Source: an uncultured virus (IMG/VR IMGVR_UViG_2061766007_000706) (Duplodnaviria > Heunggongvirae > Uroviricota > Caudoviricetes). Taken from it: 42,347 nucleotides of DNA. A model generated the notes under the pieces. The model made no database searches. It saw only the letters and a list, made by a program, of their open reading frames with translations, and was not told the DNA's origin. Where the stretch lies: the IMG/VR virus record IMGVR_UViG_2061766007_000706; one strand, written 5' to 3'. Position numbers and translations under genes: made by a program. Positions 7,711-19,590 of the stretch are shown here, one piece after another; positions within the stretch are counted from its first letter, which is position 1; every line of letters starts with the position of its first letter.

Positions 7711-9510
7711 TTAGTGATAAGCGTATAGAACCTTTTTGCTTTCTGTTGTTACCGATTTATTCGTAAAATCAACAGCTGTTACGTATGTAATTGTTGTCCA
7801 CTTTGCTGTTACAGGAGAACTACCATCGTCTACGGTAAGAGTTCCAACGTGCGCATTAGTAAAATCTCCGTTTTTCGCGGTAACACGGCGATCCTTTTTT
7901 TCCGTTCCCGAAATATCCCGTGTATATTCATAAGATGTTTGTCCGTGGGTAACTTCTGTACCATGATCAGTCTTTGCTTTCGTAACAGTTCCGTTGGTTA
8001 ACTTACTACCGTTTACGCCGCTGATTTTTCCATCGCTGACTGTACCATCGGTTAATTTACTACCGTTAACACCACTAATTTTCCCATCGCCAATTGTCGA
8101 ATCTGTGATGTTGCTCCCATCCAGTGTGTAAGTTGTTCCATCTGGGTTTGTAAACGTCAGTTTGGATGCATAAATTGTGCCACCGAAAGTACCGTTGTGC
8201 GCGGTAAGATTTCCGTTTGAATCAACAGTGAAAGCGGCTGTGTATTCCCACGATCCATCCTGCCTTTGTTTACCCGCGCCCATCGCAATACCGCTGTTAC
8301 CGATGAAGATACCCGCATCTGTTCCACTATAACTGGTTTTTCCACGATATATACCACTGTTACCAATGATCCACGGATTATCACCGGAACCGATTGTACC
8401 GTCTTTAGCCGTAAGGGAACCGCCGTTTGTGACCTTGAACTTACCACCGCCGAGGGCGATACCATCATAACCGATATACATACCGGTTGTGTTCGTTGTG
8501 TCATCCCGGCTGGTCATTCCGCTTAACACGGTTAACCGCCCGTTACTCTGTTGCACCTTGAAACTGTTCTTTGCATCCTTGTAAACGGCTATGCCATCCG
8601 TGCCGACATAGGTTCCGGCATCCGTCCCGGATAGGGTTGAAAGACCGTTGTAAATGCTTTTCGCGCCGATGTGCCAACAGGAAGAATCAGATCCGATTGT
8701 ACCNNNNNNNNNNNNNNNNNNNNNNNNNNNNNNNNNNNNNNNNNNNNNNNNNNNNNNNNNNNNNNNNNNNNNNNNNNNNNNNNNNNNNNNNNNNNNNNNN
8801 NNNNNNNNNNNNNNNNNNNNNNNNNNNNNNNNNNNNNNNNNNNNNNNNNNNNNNNNNNNNNNNNNNNNNNNNNNNNNNNNNNNNNNNNNNNNNNNNNNNN
8901 NNNNNNNNNNNNNNNNNNNNNNNNNNNNNNNNNNNNNNNNNNNNNNNNNNNNNNNNNNNNNNNNNNNNNNNNNNNNNNNNNNNNNNNNNNNNNNNNNNNN
9001 NNNNNNNNNNNNNNNNNNNNNNNNNNNNNNNNNNNNNNNNNNNNNNNNNNNNNNNNNNNNNNNNNNNNNNNNNNNNNNNNNNNNNNNNNNNNNNNNNNNN
9101 NNNNNNNNNNNNNNNNNNNNNNNNNNNNNNTCTTCCTGCGGTGCGCTGAAATTGCTATAAAACGTGCGCCCAAACGTTGAATCTTGATGATAAACCCCAC
9201 CGTATACACCGTTGGTTTGCACGGCATCGCCCATTTCAACGGCAGGATCAACCGTAGCGTTTTGAACTTCATATGGCTGATACTGATATCCATTGACTTT
9301 CTGCAGGATATCATTTGCCATTTGTTGTGTTCCCCACGGGCAAGTTAATTCAAGCGTAATGCCGGAATCATCCCCGGCAACGTATGAAATAATTGAATCA
9401 TCGGAACCGTCAATCTTTTCAACATTGATAATTACTTTGCTATAAGGCGTTTGTATATCGGATTTTCTTACGTCTGTTGCCCGTTTACCGATATTTACAA
9501 CATCCGGCAT
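7711..9510 (-). CDS. Tail spike/Tal-like protein (427-nt N-gap inside)
   Basis: Follows Dit and baseplate genes; Gly-rich beta repeats (GTIG...W.IG, GIYIG.DGIALG). Confidence 0.65.
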   Translation of the reverse strand: MPDVVNIGKRATDVRKSDIQTPYSKVIINVEKIDGSDDSIISYVAGDDSGITLELTCPWGTQQMANDILQKVNGYQYQPYEVQNATVDPAVEMGDAVQTNGVYGGVYHQDSTFGRTFYSNFSAPQEXXXXXXXXXXXXXXXXXXXXXXXXXXXXXXXXXXXXXXXXXXXXXXXXXXXXXXXXXXXXXXXXXXXXXXXXXXXXXXXXXXXXXXXXXXXXXXXXXXXXXXXXXXXXXXXXXXXXXXXXXXXXXXXXXXXXXXXXXXXXXXXGTIGSDSSCWHIGAKSIYNGLSTLSGTDAGTYVGTDGIAVYKDAKNSFKVQQSNGRLTVLSGMTSRDDTTNTTGMYIGYDGIALGGGKFKVTNGGSLTAKDGTIGSGDNPWIIGNSGIYRGKTSYSGTDAGIFIGNSGIAMGAGKQRQDGSWEYTAAFTVDSNGNLTAHNGTFGGTIYASKLTFTNPDGTTYTLDGSNITDSTIGDGKISGVNGSKLTDGTVSDGKISGVNGSKLTNGTVTKAKTDHGTEVTHGQTSYEYTRDISGTEKKDRRVTAKNGDFTNAHVGTLTVDDGSSPVTAKWTTITYVTAVDFTNKSVTTESKKVLYAYH

Positions 9511-9521
9511 AATCACGCCTC

Positions 9522-10559
9522 CTAACTAAAGATTTTGATTCGATCCGAGCCGAATACAAGCCGATAACCGATTTCGTCCGTTATCAAAGCTGTTTCAGCT
9601 GGTAGGTCATATAAGGGAATAAGCTGAAGCATTCCGAGGTCATTTATGATCCAGTTACCGGCATACATTGCGCCAATGTAACCCAATACCTCACGCATTG
9701 TATATTCAGAAGGATACTGGATCACATAGCTTTTGTTGATAAGGGGAATGGTTCGTGGATCAACGGAAACACCAATTTTTGCGGCAATATCATACACAAC
9801 GTTCAGATCCGTTGCCGGGAATCCCAGCGTGTTAGCATCCCGCAGAATGATTTTCCCGTACAGGTTCGGGGGCGGGCTGTTCTGGGTTGTGAACCGCGCA
9901 CCGTGGTTAATCTGTGTAAGTGTTACGCCCTGTCCAAATGCGATATTGTCATCCCCGATGTACTCAACTGAAATGGATTTTTGATTCGTGATCCTGTTGT
10001 CCTGCAGTGTAGCCGTGTAAACGCCGTTGCTTTTCGTCCATTCGGATATGGTGAATTCAATCTCTGTATAGAATTCACCGTAATCCTGTTCGGTTTTAAG
10101 CATGGAATCATAAGCATGAATCCGCAAGATGTCCAAATCATCATCGTTTCGTGTATTATCACGGGTATCAATGAAGAATGTTCCCTTCGGCAACCATTCC
10201 GTTTTTCTTCCATCTACATTAGAAGCAAGACGGGTGTACGCTTTGATTCGGGCTTGACGTTCAATTGAGCCCTTTGGCATCAGCATTTCAACGTCAAGTT
10301 CACCGCACGTACACCCGCCAACTGTCGGAACGTTGTTCGGAAACACGCTTCGCGTTGATTTTACGGCGATCAGAATATCATCGTCATATCCGCTAACTGC
10401 ATCATCAGAAACATTCAGTTTGATAGCAACGCCGCCGAAACGAATGATTTCATTGTTTTCGGTAATCAACCGACCTGCTCCACCAATCGCAAGGGATGTT
10501 TCCACTTGATAATCCTGTGATTGATAGATCTGTTGATATAAAGCCGATGTATTTTGCAT
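9522..10559 (-). CDS. Tail/baseplate protein
   Basis: EWLPKGTFFIDTR...LRIHAYDSMLKTEQDY, YTMREVLGYIGAMYAGNWII motifs; follows Dit. Confidence 0.65.
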   Translation of the reverse strand: MQNTSALYQQIYQSQDYQVETSLAIGGAGRLITENNEIIRFGGVAIKLNVSDDAVSGYDDDILIAVKSTRSVFPNNVPTVGGCTCGELDVEMLMPKGSIERQARIKAYTRLASNVDGRKTEWLPKGTFFIDTRDNTRNDDDLDILRIHAYDSMLKTEQDYGEFYTEIEFTISEWTKSNGVYTATLQDNRITNQKSISVEYIGDDNIAFGQGVTLTQINHGARFTTQNSPPPNLYGKIILRDANTLGFPATDLNVVYDIAAKIGVSVDPRTIPLINKSYVIQYPSEYTMREVLGYIGAMYAGNWIINDLGMLQLIPLYDLPAETALITDEIGYRLVFGSDRIKIFS

Positions 10560-10565
10560 TTTGCA

Positions 10566-10940
10566 TCACCTTTCTACCAACGGGAATGAAATGTCCTTCC
10601 AGTGTCCGACTCCATCGGGGTCAATGAAAAGAAGGGAAGCGGGGACGTTGTTTGAATAAAACTGAACGCCCGTGCGCTCCCCCAACATAGGATCAATATA
10701 ATCAACGGTAACGTATTCCGGGTTGATAAGTTTCAGAAGAACCTGTGTTTCGCTTGTCAAAAGCGGCTTGCATTTAATTTCAAGCTTTATTTTTTGCGTA
10801 ACACGTCCCCGGTTCATTTGTCCGCTTAACGTTCGGCCAGCATTGGCAGAATCAATGTCATTCCGCGACCATTTCAAGCCGCCTTGCGCGATATATTTTG
10901 TGATATCCACGCCGCCGATTTTAATATAAGGCGTTGCCAT
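10566..10940 (-). CDS. Distal tail protein-like (DUF6711-like)
   Basis: DIDSANAGRTLSGQMNRGRV...WKDISFPLVER; immediately after the tape measure gene. Confidence 0.65.
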   Translation of the reverse strand: MATPYIKIGGVDITKYIAQGGLKWSRNDIDSANAGRTLSGQMNRGRVTQKIKLEIKCKPLLTSETQVLLKLINPEYVTVDYIDPMLGERTGVQFYSNNVPASLLFIDPDGVGHWKDISFPLVER

Positions 10941-10944
10941 TGAA

Positions 10945-13900
10945 TCACCCCCATGCTCTGCTTTGTTGCCGTTGATACTTTGTTACAACATCCGCGATAG
11001 TTCGTCCGTCAACTTCCAGTTTGATAACAACCGGATCACCTTCCGAACTGCCGCTTTGTGACCGGGTGATAGCGTTGTAAAGCGCATCTTCAAGCCCGGT
11101 AAGCCCCGTTTCCGTGCTTCCTGTGGCGTTTCCCGCCGCCTGTGCGCCGTAGGGGATCACTTGTCCACTTGCAATAGCGGGAAGCGGTAAACCACCCATC
11201 TGGGCTATTGAATCGGTTATTCCAATGAATATATCCGCGATACGTGCTAACTTATCCGTTACGGTATCAAGTCCATCCGTCATCGCGTCAATCTGTACGG
11301 AAATACCGTTTCCGTTTTCAGCTTCCTCTACCATTGCACTTGCGATATCGCCAACCGTGCTGATAGCATCTTCCCCGGTATCCTCAAGCCCGATCTGCAT
11401 ACCCTCCATGACATAACCGCCGATCTGCTCAAATACCTTTGACGGGGATGCAATACCGAGGATTTCACGCGCGGTATCTGCGCACACGTTACAGATTTCG
11501 GCCATAACATCAACCAACGTTTGACCATAGGCATAGAATCCGTTAATCATACCGATCAACATATTTTCACCGATGGTTTTACCGATGGATTCGTTAATGT
11601 ATGCCTGTACTGTCGCGAGAACATCGGAACCAATTGTTCCTGCGTCTGTAACTGCACCGGAATAGTTGTTTGCTAATCCGTCATCAATTCCGTATACAAA
11701 AGCTTCTCCGATATCGCTTCCATTGGATCTGCTTAACGCTTCTGCGGCGGTATCCCGGATTTGTGCGGAAACTTCGCCCATATTCACGTTAACAACGGAA
11801 TAATTGTAAGCGATTCCGTTGTTCCATCCGTCAATGAATGCTTTGGTGATTTCTTCACCAGCACCCTTTGACATAATTTTTGCGGCTTCATCAACAACTG
11901 CTTGTGCCGCAACCTTGATTGCTTCAACCGCAACCGGATCACCGTTGGCGATGGCTTGCGTTATTGCGGCCATCATGGTTTCAGCATAGGGCTTCACATT
12001 GTCGGGAAGAACGGCTAACGGANNNNNNNNNNNNNNTCCGATGCGTCACCGACTTTATCGCTGTTATCCTGCATACCGGTTACGAGGTTTGTATCTACGG
12101 CTTCGCCGGTTGTGCTTGCTTCGCCCGTGATCGCTTCACGGGAATCTTTTGTGGATGCGAGGTCTTCCAGTTCATCCGCTTTAGATTCCAGTTCCGTTTT
12201 ACCCGCTTCGTAACCTTGAATCATGCCCTCCGGCATCAAACGCCCCATTGCATCACCGGTATCCGTTGCCAGTTCACCGGCTACCGTCTGCAGATCTTTG
12301 CCCGTGGAGTTCATATACTCCATGAGGTTCGCGTGTAGGTTTGTCGTGTCCAGTGCCGCAATGGTACTTTGATCCACACCCATAGCCAACAGCATTAACG
12401 CCGCACCTATGTTTTCTGTACCTTTCCCTCTAATGGATTCAGCAAATCCATCCGTTACGCTGATACCGGCATCGCCAAAGTGCTTCTTGATTTCTTCAAC
12501 TGTTGCCGTATCAAGTGATATACCGGCGAGGAGTTCGTTCGCTTGTGCGGAGAAGCGGTTAACCTGTTGACCCAAACCCCAGTCATTGTTTGACAGGACT
12601 TCGGTAAATTCATCTTGGAATCCGATTCCCAACGCCGCCGCTGTCGCAAGCATAGTGGTACGTGCCGCATCATATTCTGTACCGGCTTGACCAATGTTCT
12701 GCATAAACAGATACATCATGTTATCTGCCGCAAGTTCACCAGCTTTTCCAGCTTGTTCTTGCAATTGTCGTTCAACTTCACCGGAAAAAACATCCGGGAC
12801 TTCAACGTGTTCATAATCTTCCTGCTTGCCGAAGATCAGTTCAATAAGCCGCTGTGCCAGACCACCAACTGCAGTAGCCGCCGCCCAAAGAGCATCCCAC
12901 AAAAGCCCGAACAATTTTTTACCGATACCCAACCAGTCAACGTTGCCCAGCGCATCACCGATAGATTTCCCGACTTCATCCCAATCCGTCTTTGTAATAA
13001 ATTCATCAATGCCGGTAATAATACCCTTGACCGCATCACTGAATTTCTTACCCAAATCAGACCAGTCAATATAACTTTGCCCGGATGAATCCTTTCCGAA
13101 AACCTTGTTGATACCTTCTGCCACACTTGCGCCGAGTTCGTCCCATTTGATGTTTGCAACGGCGGTAAGAAGTGTTTGGGCAAGGGTATAAATGCCGAGG
13201 AAAAGCGTGAAAATCAAATTCGCCCAATCAATTTTACTGATAAGACCGTTTACGCCATCAGCAAAGGTTTGCGCGATATCGCCCCAGTTTGTGGTTTCAA
13301 TAAACGTTCTAATACCACTTACGATCCCGTCAATTGCCGTACTAACATCCGATGTTAGTTTATCCCAATCGAGATTCGGGTTGCCGTTTTCATCTTTACC
13401 GAAAATCTTATTGATCCCGTTAGCAAAGCTTACGGCAAGTTCATCCCATTTGATGTTCGCCAACGTGGATGCAATCGTTGAAACAATTGAGAATAATCCG
13501 AGAATCAACGTGAAAATCATGTTAGCCCAATCAATTTTCTTAACGAGCCCGTTGATCCCGTTTGCAAAGGTTTGCGCCATTGCACCCCAATCCGTTGTTT
13601 CAAGAAAAATGCGGATACCATCAACAATTCCGTTGATTGTTCCGCTGATCCCTTCCGTTAGTTTATCCCAATCAAGATTCGGATTGCCGTTTTCATCTTT
13701 ACCGAAAACTTTGTTAATTCCGTCCGCAAAACTCTTTGCAAACGCGCCCCAATCAATAGATGCAAGGGTTGTTGCAATAGTCAATGTGATACGGAAAAAT
13801 CCGAGAACAATTGTCCAAACAAGGCTTGCCCAGTCAACACCAGTAATGATCTCATTGATTCCATCAGCAAACGTCTTTGCCATCTGATCCCAATCAACGG

Positions 13901-16366
13901 TTTCAAGGAACGTCCGAACACCGGTGACAATGTTGTTAATACTATCTTTGATATGCGTTGCAAGGGTTTTCCAGTTCAAATCTCCGTTTTCCGAACTGAA
14001 AATCTTATTCACACCGTCCGCGAATTTCTTTGCCAATTCAGCCCAATTGATACCGGCAAGGATTTCATAGAATGTGCTTGTGATCCTGTGGAAACCCAAC
14101 GCGATAGTGTAAATAAGTTCTGCCCAATCAACATTTTCAATGATACTATTTACGCTTTCCTTAAACTGGGTTGCAAGTCCGTGCCAATCAAAATCCCGGA
14201 TGAACACTTGAATTGCTTCCGTGATTCCGTTCAATCCGGCTGTGATACCTTCGCTTAATTCACGCCAATTGATACTATTGACAAATGTATTCAAACCAAC
14301 GGCGAAATCAGATCCGATATCAGCCCAATCAAGGTTTTTGAAGAAATTGGATACGGTCACAATAAGGGCATTCCATTTTGCCGCAAAAAACGATCCGAGC
14401 AATTCCCAATCAATGTTGTCAAAGATGCTGTTTACGCCATTTGCAAGCTGTTCACCCAAACGCGCCCAATCAAACGTTGTAAGGAAGGTATAGCCAATAT
14501 CAATAATAGCGTTCAGACCGTCCGCGAACATTTTTCCCAATGCTTCAAAATCGAATTTGTCTACAAGCCCGTTAAGAATTCGCGCGATGTTTCCCGCCCA
14601 TTCAACGCCGAATGGCCGTAATTTATTGTTAATCCAATCATCAATGCTTGTGACAACCCAATTTAGCCCGTCCGCGACAAGTTCACCGACCTGTTCCCAG
14701 TTCTGATTCGCTATTGCGTCTTTGATACTGTTGAAAAGATTCTGAATGGATTCCGGGAGAAGGTTGGCGATATCCTTTTCTTCAAAGGTTGCGCCGGTTG
14801 ATCCCCCACCGCCGCCGGATTCGCTTTCCTGCTTTGTCAGTTCATCAAATCCGTAGATCTGGTGATTCAGATCTTTTGCCGCGCCGGATGCGCTTTTAAG
14901 GCTTTTTGCATAATCATCCGTTGAATTTTTTGCCACCATAACCGATGATTTACCGGAAAGTAAAGCAAAAAACGCGTTGATATAGCTAATAGCCGTTGAT
15001 AGCCAGTTGATGATTGTGGACAACGCCGGAGCAACGGCATTCACAAGATTGCTGAATGTTACGGCGAGGTTGCCGCCCATCGTGGTAGCCGAATTCTTGA
15101 TATTCGACATTGACCGGTTAAATTCATCAGATGCTTTTGCGATATTGTGAAGGGATGCCTGTACGCTTTTGAAAATTGCAGAAATGAACATCCGTTTTAC
15201 ACGGGTAATCAGCATCCGCTTTACGCTCATAAGGCTTTTCACAAGCCCATTTGACGTAAGGGTTGTACTTTTCGTTTTGTTGCTGAATGCGGACAAGGCT
15301 TTCTTTGCCATGTTCGCACCCGCCGNNNNNNNNNNNNNNNNNNNNNNNNNNNNNNNNNNNNNNNNNNTACGGCGGTTCGTCCCATCGTTGCAAGTGCCGT
15401 TGTAAAACCGGAAATAAGCATTTTTGCGCCGCTGATAGCCGCGCCGAGGGTAGCGGATATCGCTGATGCAAGCCCGGAAATAGCGGTTTTTACCGTGGAA
15501 ATAATACCACTTCCGAGGGCGTGTACACCGGAAACAAAGCTATTCAGCCCCGCGTGCGCGATTGTTGCCGCATTGCTTCCAATAGACCGTAACATTGAAC
15601 CGAAACCAGATGCGGAAGATGCCGCTTTCTGTGATTCGTTCGATGTTTCCGTTTCCGCATTGGAAAGATTACGGAGGGAGTTGGCCGCTTGATCCGCGCC
15701 CATGAACAGCTGTGAATACGCGCCCGTCTGATTGCCCTGCGCAAAGGCGGTTCCGCTGTCAATCATGGATTGCATATCAGCCCTAACATCTTCAAGCTTC
15801 GCCTGTGCGTTTTCAATTTCAAGGGATAAACGCTTCCATGAATTACTGTTTTCATCCACGCCGAGATCCGAAAGCATACCTTGACGGTCATAAAGCTTTT
15901 CAAGCTGTGCTTCCAGTTTCGCCGCATCACTTTCCAGCCGTGTGTAGCCTTCGCTTTTCACTTCCACCTGTCCGACAGCGAGAATCGTTCCTTGAAGTTT
16001 GGTCATTTCCTGCTGAACTTTCGCCAAATCGGATTGCCATTTAATGGCTTGTTCATCGGACTTAAAGCCTTGATTCGCCCGTTGCTGAAGGGAAATGATT
16101 TTACCTTGCAACGTATCAACCGCATTTGCCATAGAACCGAGGTTCTTTTGGAATTGCGCTTCGGTCATTGAACTTGAGAATGTCTGTGCTTGTCTTGCGA
16201 CATTTTGAAGGGCAGGAGCGATAGCACTAATGTTTGCCTGTGCTTGCTGTCCAAAGTTATTGACAGCGGTTTGCAGACCATTGATCGCGCTTCGCATCTG
16301 GTTGGAACCGCTTTGAAAACCTCTGTTATCAAGTCGGGTATCAACCACGATAGATGCATCAGCCAT
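10945..16366 (-). CDS. Tape measure protein (three ORF pieces split by N-gaps at 12023-12036 and 15326-15367)
   Basis: MADASIVVDTRLD start, coiled coil, GFDEL motif, many DW-spaced repeats, LGIASPSKVF motif, IKLEVDGRTIA C-terminus. Confidence 0.9.
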
Positions 16367-16944
16367 TATTCGTCACCACCCTCCACAAGAGAATTGAATA
16401 TATCTTGCAACGTGTCTTCCGCTTTCTTCGCGGAAACGTTGCTTTCAATCGAACACAATTCCTTATTTGCATTCAAGAATTCGCGTTCGTATTTTTCCAG
16501 TTTCTTGCCCTTTGCGCGTTTCTGCCGGATCGAAAGAACAAATGACCACAAATCCTCCCGGTCAACTGTGCTAAAGTATCCGAGGAACGTCCACCAATGC
16601 ATATATTCCACAAGGCGAACTTCACACCCGGCAACCTTATTCACGGCGGGGAAGATCATCTGCTCATCTTTGATCCAGTTGAACAACTTATATGGGCTTT
16701 TCTTGCCCTTTATGCCGCCGCCCTCGATAAAATCCACGGCGGCTTGATAGGCTTCCGTATAATCCTTTTTCGGGATGCTTTCAAACTTAACGAATACCCG
16801 TTTAAGAAGGATATATGCTTTTTCTTCATCTTTCAGTTCCGGGTCTTCTATTGCTTCAAAGATCGTAAGGATATTACGAAAATCGGAACGGATATCATAA
16901 TCCGTTCCGTTTACATTCAAACTTTTTGGTAACTGTCCGAGCAT
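16366..16944 (-). CDS. Gp15-like tail assembly protein
   Basis: LPKSLNVNG..YDIRSDFR...YMHWWTFLGYF (A118 Gp15-like). Confidence 0.75.
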   Translation of the reverse strand: MLGQLPKSLNVNGTDYDIRSDFRNILTIFEAIEDPELKDEEKAYILLKRVFVKFESIPKKDYTEAYQAAVDFIEGGGIKGKKSPYKLFNWIKDEQMIFPAVNKVAGCEVRLVEYMHWWTFLGYFSTVDREDLWSFVLSIRQKRAKGKKLEKYEREFLNANKELCSIESNVSAKKAEDTLQDIFNSLVEGGDE

Positions 16945-16949
16945 CGGGA

Positions 16950-17423
16950 TCACCCGCGCTTCTTATCGTTTTTCAGATCCTTTGTGTATTTTTCCGTGCG
17001 TTCCTGCGCTTTCGCGGCTTCTTCCGCAACATTCTGCTGAATCACCTGTCCCAGACCGGCAAGCACTTTTTCAACAAAGAATTCACCGTTAATCGCGGAA
17101 AACGCATTCCGGGTTGCAAAGATATCAGCGGCGTTTTTGATATCAAACAGATCATTGATCCGTTCAATTATTTCTGCTTCAACCTGTTTAAGCAGATCCC
17201 AATCCTTTTCAAATGTGGCGGTTCCATCCGCGTTTGTGCTGATATCCTTCAACGGCACAATTGTTTTTTCAAGGTCTTTCACCATCGCTTTATACCGGTC
17301 AACGATGCCAATATCACTGACACGGATATGCAGAACGGCAATGGTTTCATGGTACGGGTTTTCAAGGGTTATCTCCCGTGTACCATCATCAATAATAAAG
17401 GCATTTTTCATATTGTTTTCCAT
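16950..17423 (-). CDS. Tail assembly chaperone
   Basis: Between major tail and Gp15-like genes; helical, 157 aa; AGGAGG RBS. Confidence 0.65.
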   Translation of the reverse strand: MENNMKNAFIIDDGTREITLENPYHETIAVLHIRVSDIGIVDRYKAMVKDLEKTIVPLKDISTNADGTATFEKDWDLLKQVEAEIIERINDLFDIKNAADIFATRNAFSAINGEFFVEKVLAGLGQVIQQNVAEEAAKAQERTEKYTKDLKNDKKRG

Positions 17424-17451
17424 GTTCGTTTCCTCCTTCTACTTACGGAAA

Positions 17452-17482
17452 AAGGGGAGCCGCATCATATTACGGCTCCCCT
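17452..17482 (-). terminator. Intrinsic terminator after the major tail gene
   Basis: AGGGGAGCCG...CGGCTCCCCT stem followed by a T run on the minus strand. Confidence 0.65.
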
Positions 17483-17519
17483 GTTGTGGATCATCAAGAG
17501 GGATCGCTGATCGTGGCTT

Positions 17520-18202
17520 NNNNNNNNNNNNNNNNNNNNNNNNATCGTCACGGGTACGGCATAACCGGAGGTATCGCCGCCGGTAGACTGCGGCACGTAC
17601 CATGCTTTACGCACAATACAAGTACCAGTCATCTTGCCGGTAGCAGGATTCGCGGTATCGAAATACGCTTCCGCGAAATAACCCACCAGATCGTTTTCCG
17701 CGAACTTCTCTTTCCGGGCGTTTTCGCTGATACGCTTATACATCTTCCGGGAAGGATCAATGAAATAAGGATCAACGCTGATTTCCGGTTCATATCCCTT
17801 GTGGGTGAAGGTTGCTTCACCGAGGACGTTTTTGGATTTCTCCGTGTCGGGATTCAGTTCTTTGGACAGATCATCGTTGTCCTTACCGATGGCTTCCCAA
17901 CCACCCGAAGCGGCGGCGGTATACAGAACCACGATGATATCGCCCTTCGCCGGGGTTCCGGTAATGGTGATGCCATACGTGGTAAGGGATACCTCTTCGC
18001 CGTTCAATTCCCAAACGGGAGTAGAACCAGCGGCGGTACACAGGAAGACATATTCACCGGAACCGGAAACCTTTCCAGCGAAAGCCGTCGCGCCNNNNNN
18101 NNNNNNNNNNNNNNNNNNNNNNNNNNNNNNNNNNNNNNNNGTAATCGCGTCCGGGCTCCAACAGCCAAAGAACATAAGCCGATTACGAGCCTGTTTTCCC
18201 AT
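17520..18202 (-). CDS. Major tail protein (C-terminus near an N-gap)
   Basis: IGKDNDDLSKELNPDTEKSKNVLGE...YEPEISVDPY...STGGDTSGY motifs. Confidence 0.75.
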
Positions 18203-18219
18203 AATTATTCCTCCAATCG

Positions 18220-18657
18220 TTAATGTGTTTTGTAGGTGACTTGAATCTGAATCTGATATTTCGCGCTATCCGTTCCCGGCGCACTAACGTATTGCGTCAA
18301 TGTAGGCACAACCGCCGTTACCGTACCGCCCTCCCATGCGGGTAGGTTCCGAGCCGCATTCTGCTCTATCATCCACGCGATAACGTTTTGATAGAATTCG
18401 TAATTGGATAGGTTCTGCCGTTCATCGGCTCCGTAGGTATCCCGCGTTGCGAAAACAAAGTTTTGCTTTTGAATCGAACGAGGAACCATTTCTCCCAACA
18501 CGTTTTCCGTATACGCAATCGTGGAAGGTTGCGCAAATACCGCATATTCAGTAGGGTTTTCGGAAAGAAAGTCAACGTGGAAACGGTTTTTCTTTGACAA
18601 TTCTGGACAGCCCAACAGCCACTTTCTCAAATGTTGTTCATTATTAGATACCGGCAA
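18220..18657 (-). CDS. Tail terminator/minor structural protein
   Basis: Position; C-terminal AKYQIQIQVTY. Confidence 0.65.
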   Translation of the reverse strand: MPVSNNEQHLRKWLLGCPELSKKNRFHVDFLSENPTEYAVFAQPSTIAYTENVLGEMVPRSIQKQNFVFATRDTYGADERQNLSNYEFYQNVIAWMIEQNAARNLPAWEGGTVTAVVPTLTQYVSAPGTDSAKYQIQIQVTYKTH

Positions 18658-19099
18658 CTGCTTTCGCCTCCTCCAGAATATCCTGTATATGGTTAGCTTT
18701 CATACGTTCAACCCAATGTGAACCCGCTAACGGGTTTGTGTCGGTGTTGTACTGGATCGGTCTTCCGGTCAAGTGTTTAGATTGACCGGGCGGGGAATAA
18801 AATCGGGTAGGAACCCCGGAATCATCCTCAAATACAGGAATGTTCGGCCCCATAACCTCGCCATAGTACAAATACCGTGCGTAAGGGGTTTCGTAGATCA
18901 CTTCACCACTCCCCGGCGGGGATGCTCGATACGGGCTTTGCGCAAGTGTTCCCGTTTCAAAGGGTACATAGGGCATACAATAGCGGATCACGGCGGTATC
19001 AATCGCCGTTTGAACCGCACCGCCCAGTTCAAAGTTTCGTTGGAGCAACGCAAGTTTATCTTCGCCGTTCCATTCAAACCGTGCAACCGTTGTACCCAT
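18644..19099 (-). CDS. Minor capsid/neck protein (Minor_capsid_2-like)
   Basis: YVPFETGTL...YETPYARYLYYG...AGSHWVERMK. Confidence 0.75.
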   Translation of the reverse strand: MGTTVARFEWNGEDKLALLQRNFELGGAVQTAIDTAVIRYCMPYVPFETGTLAQSPYRASPPGSGEVIYETPYARYLYYGEVMGPNIPVFEDDSGVPTRFYSPPGQSKHLTGRPIQYNTDTNPLAGSHWVERMKANHIQDILEEAKAVAGI

Positions 19100-19542
19100 T
19101 ACGCACCAACTACTTTCCAATGCGGAGATTTCCTTAACCGGCGATTGTCATTCACCGCAAGGATTGTAAGAACCTCCGCATAGTTGTCATGAATCAGTTT
19201 CGGCGTGATATTTGCATCACTTTCTGAAACCTCGCCGTGAACAATCAGATCCCCGTTACCGAGGGTAAAAGAAATACCGGATTGTTCATCGGACGCACCT
19301 TTATAGGTGACAGGGTTAACGTATATTTTACCGCCGAAATCTGCATCTATCGGAATACGCACCGTGTACTGGTTAGCCGCTTTCAAACCGCTTGGATCAA
19401 CGGTTGATTTCAAGCTTCCGTACCATGATGCGCCACGAACAATGGTTTTGCGGTATACGGTAAACCCTTCTTCTTCTTGATCGTATCGTTGATTGATGAT
19501 CGTGATTACTTCTTCACAGAGTTTCAACCTCCCACACACCAC
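19099..19542 (-). CDS. Head-closure-like protein
   Basis: Position after the adaptor; C-terminal PHWKVVGA. Confidence 0.6.
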   Translation of the reverse strand: MVCGRLKLCEEVITIINQRYDQEEEGFTVYRKTIVRGASWYGSLKSTVDPSGLKAANQYTVRIPIDADFGGKIYVNPVTYKGASDEQSGISFTLGNGDLIVHGEVSESDANITPKLIHDNYAEVLTILAVNDNRRLRKSPHWKVVGA

Positions 19543-19590
19543 CCATCTCTCACACCGGCCATCCGCGCCCGTGTAGCTTCACGCGCACAT

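Noticed and set aside
10945..16366. Frameshifted or pseudogenised tape measure, integrase, scaffold and minor capsid genes
   Set aside because: Every frame change coincides with an N-gap of estimated length, so these are assembly artefacts
16950..16990. Programmed frameshift between tail chaperone genes
   Set aside because: No canonical X XXY YYZ heptamer identified with confidence; the downstream gene has its own plausible start
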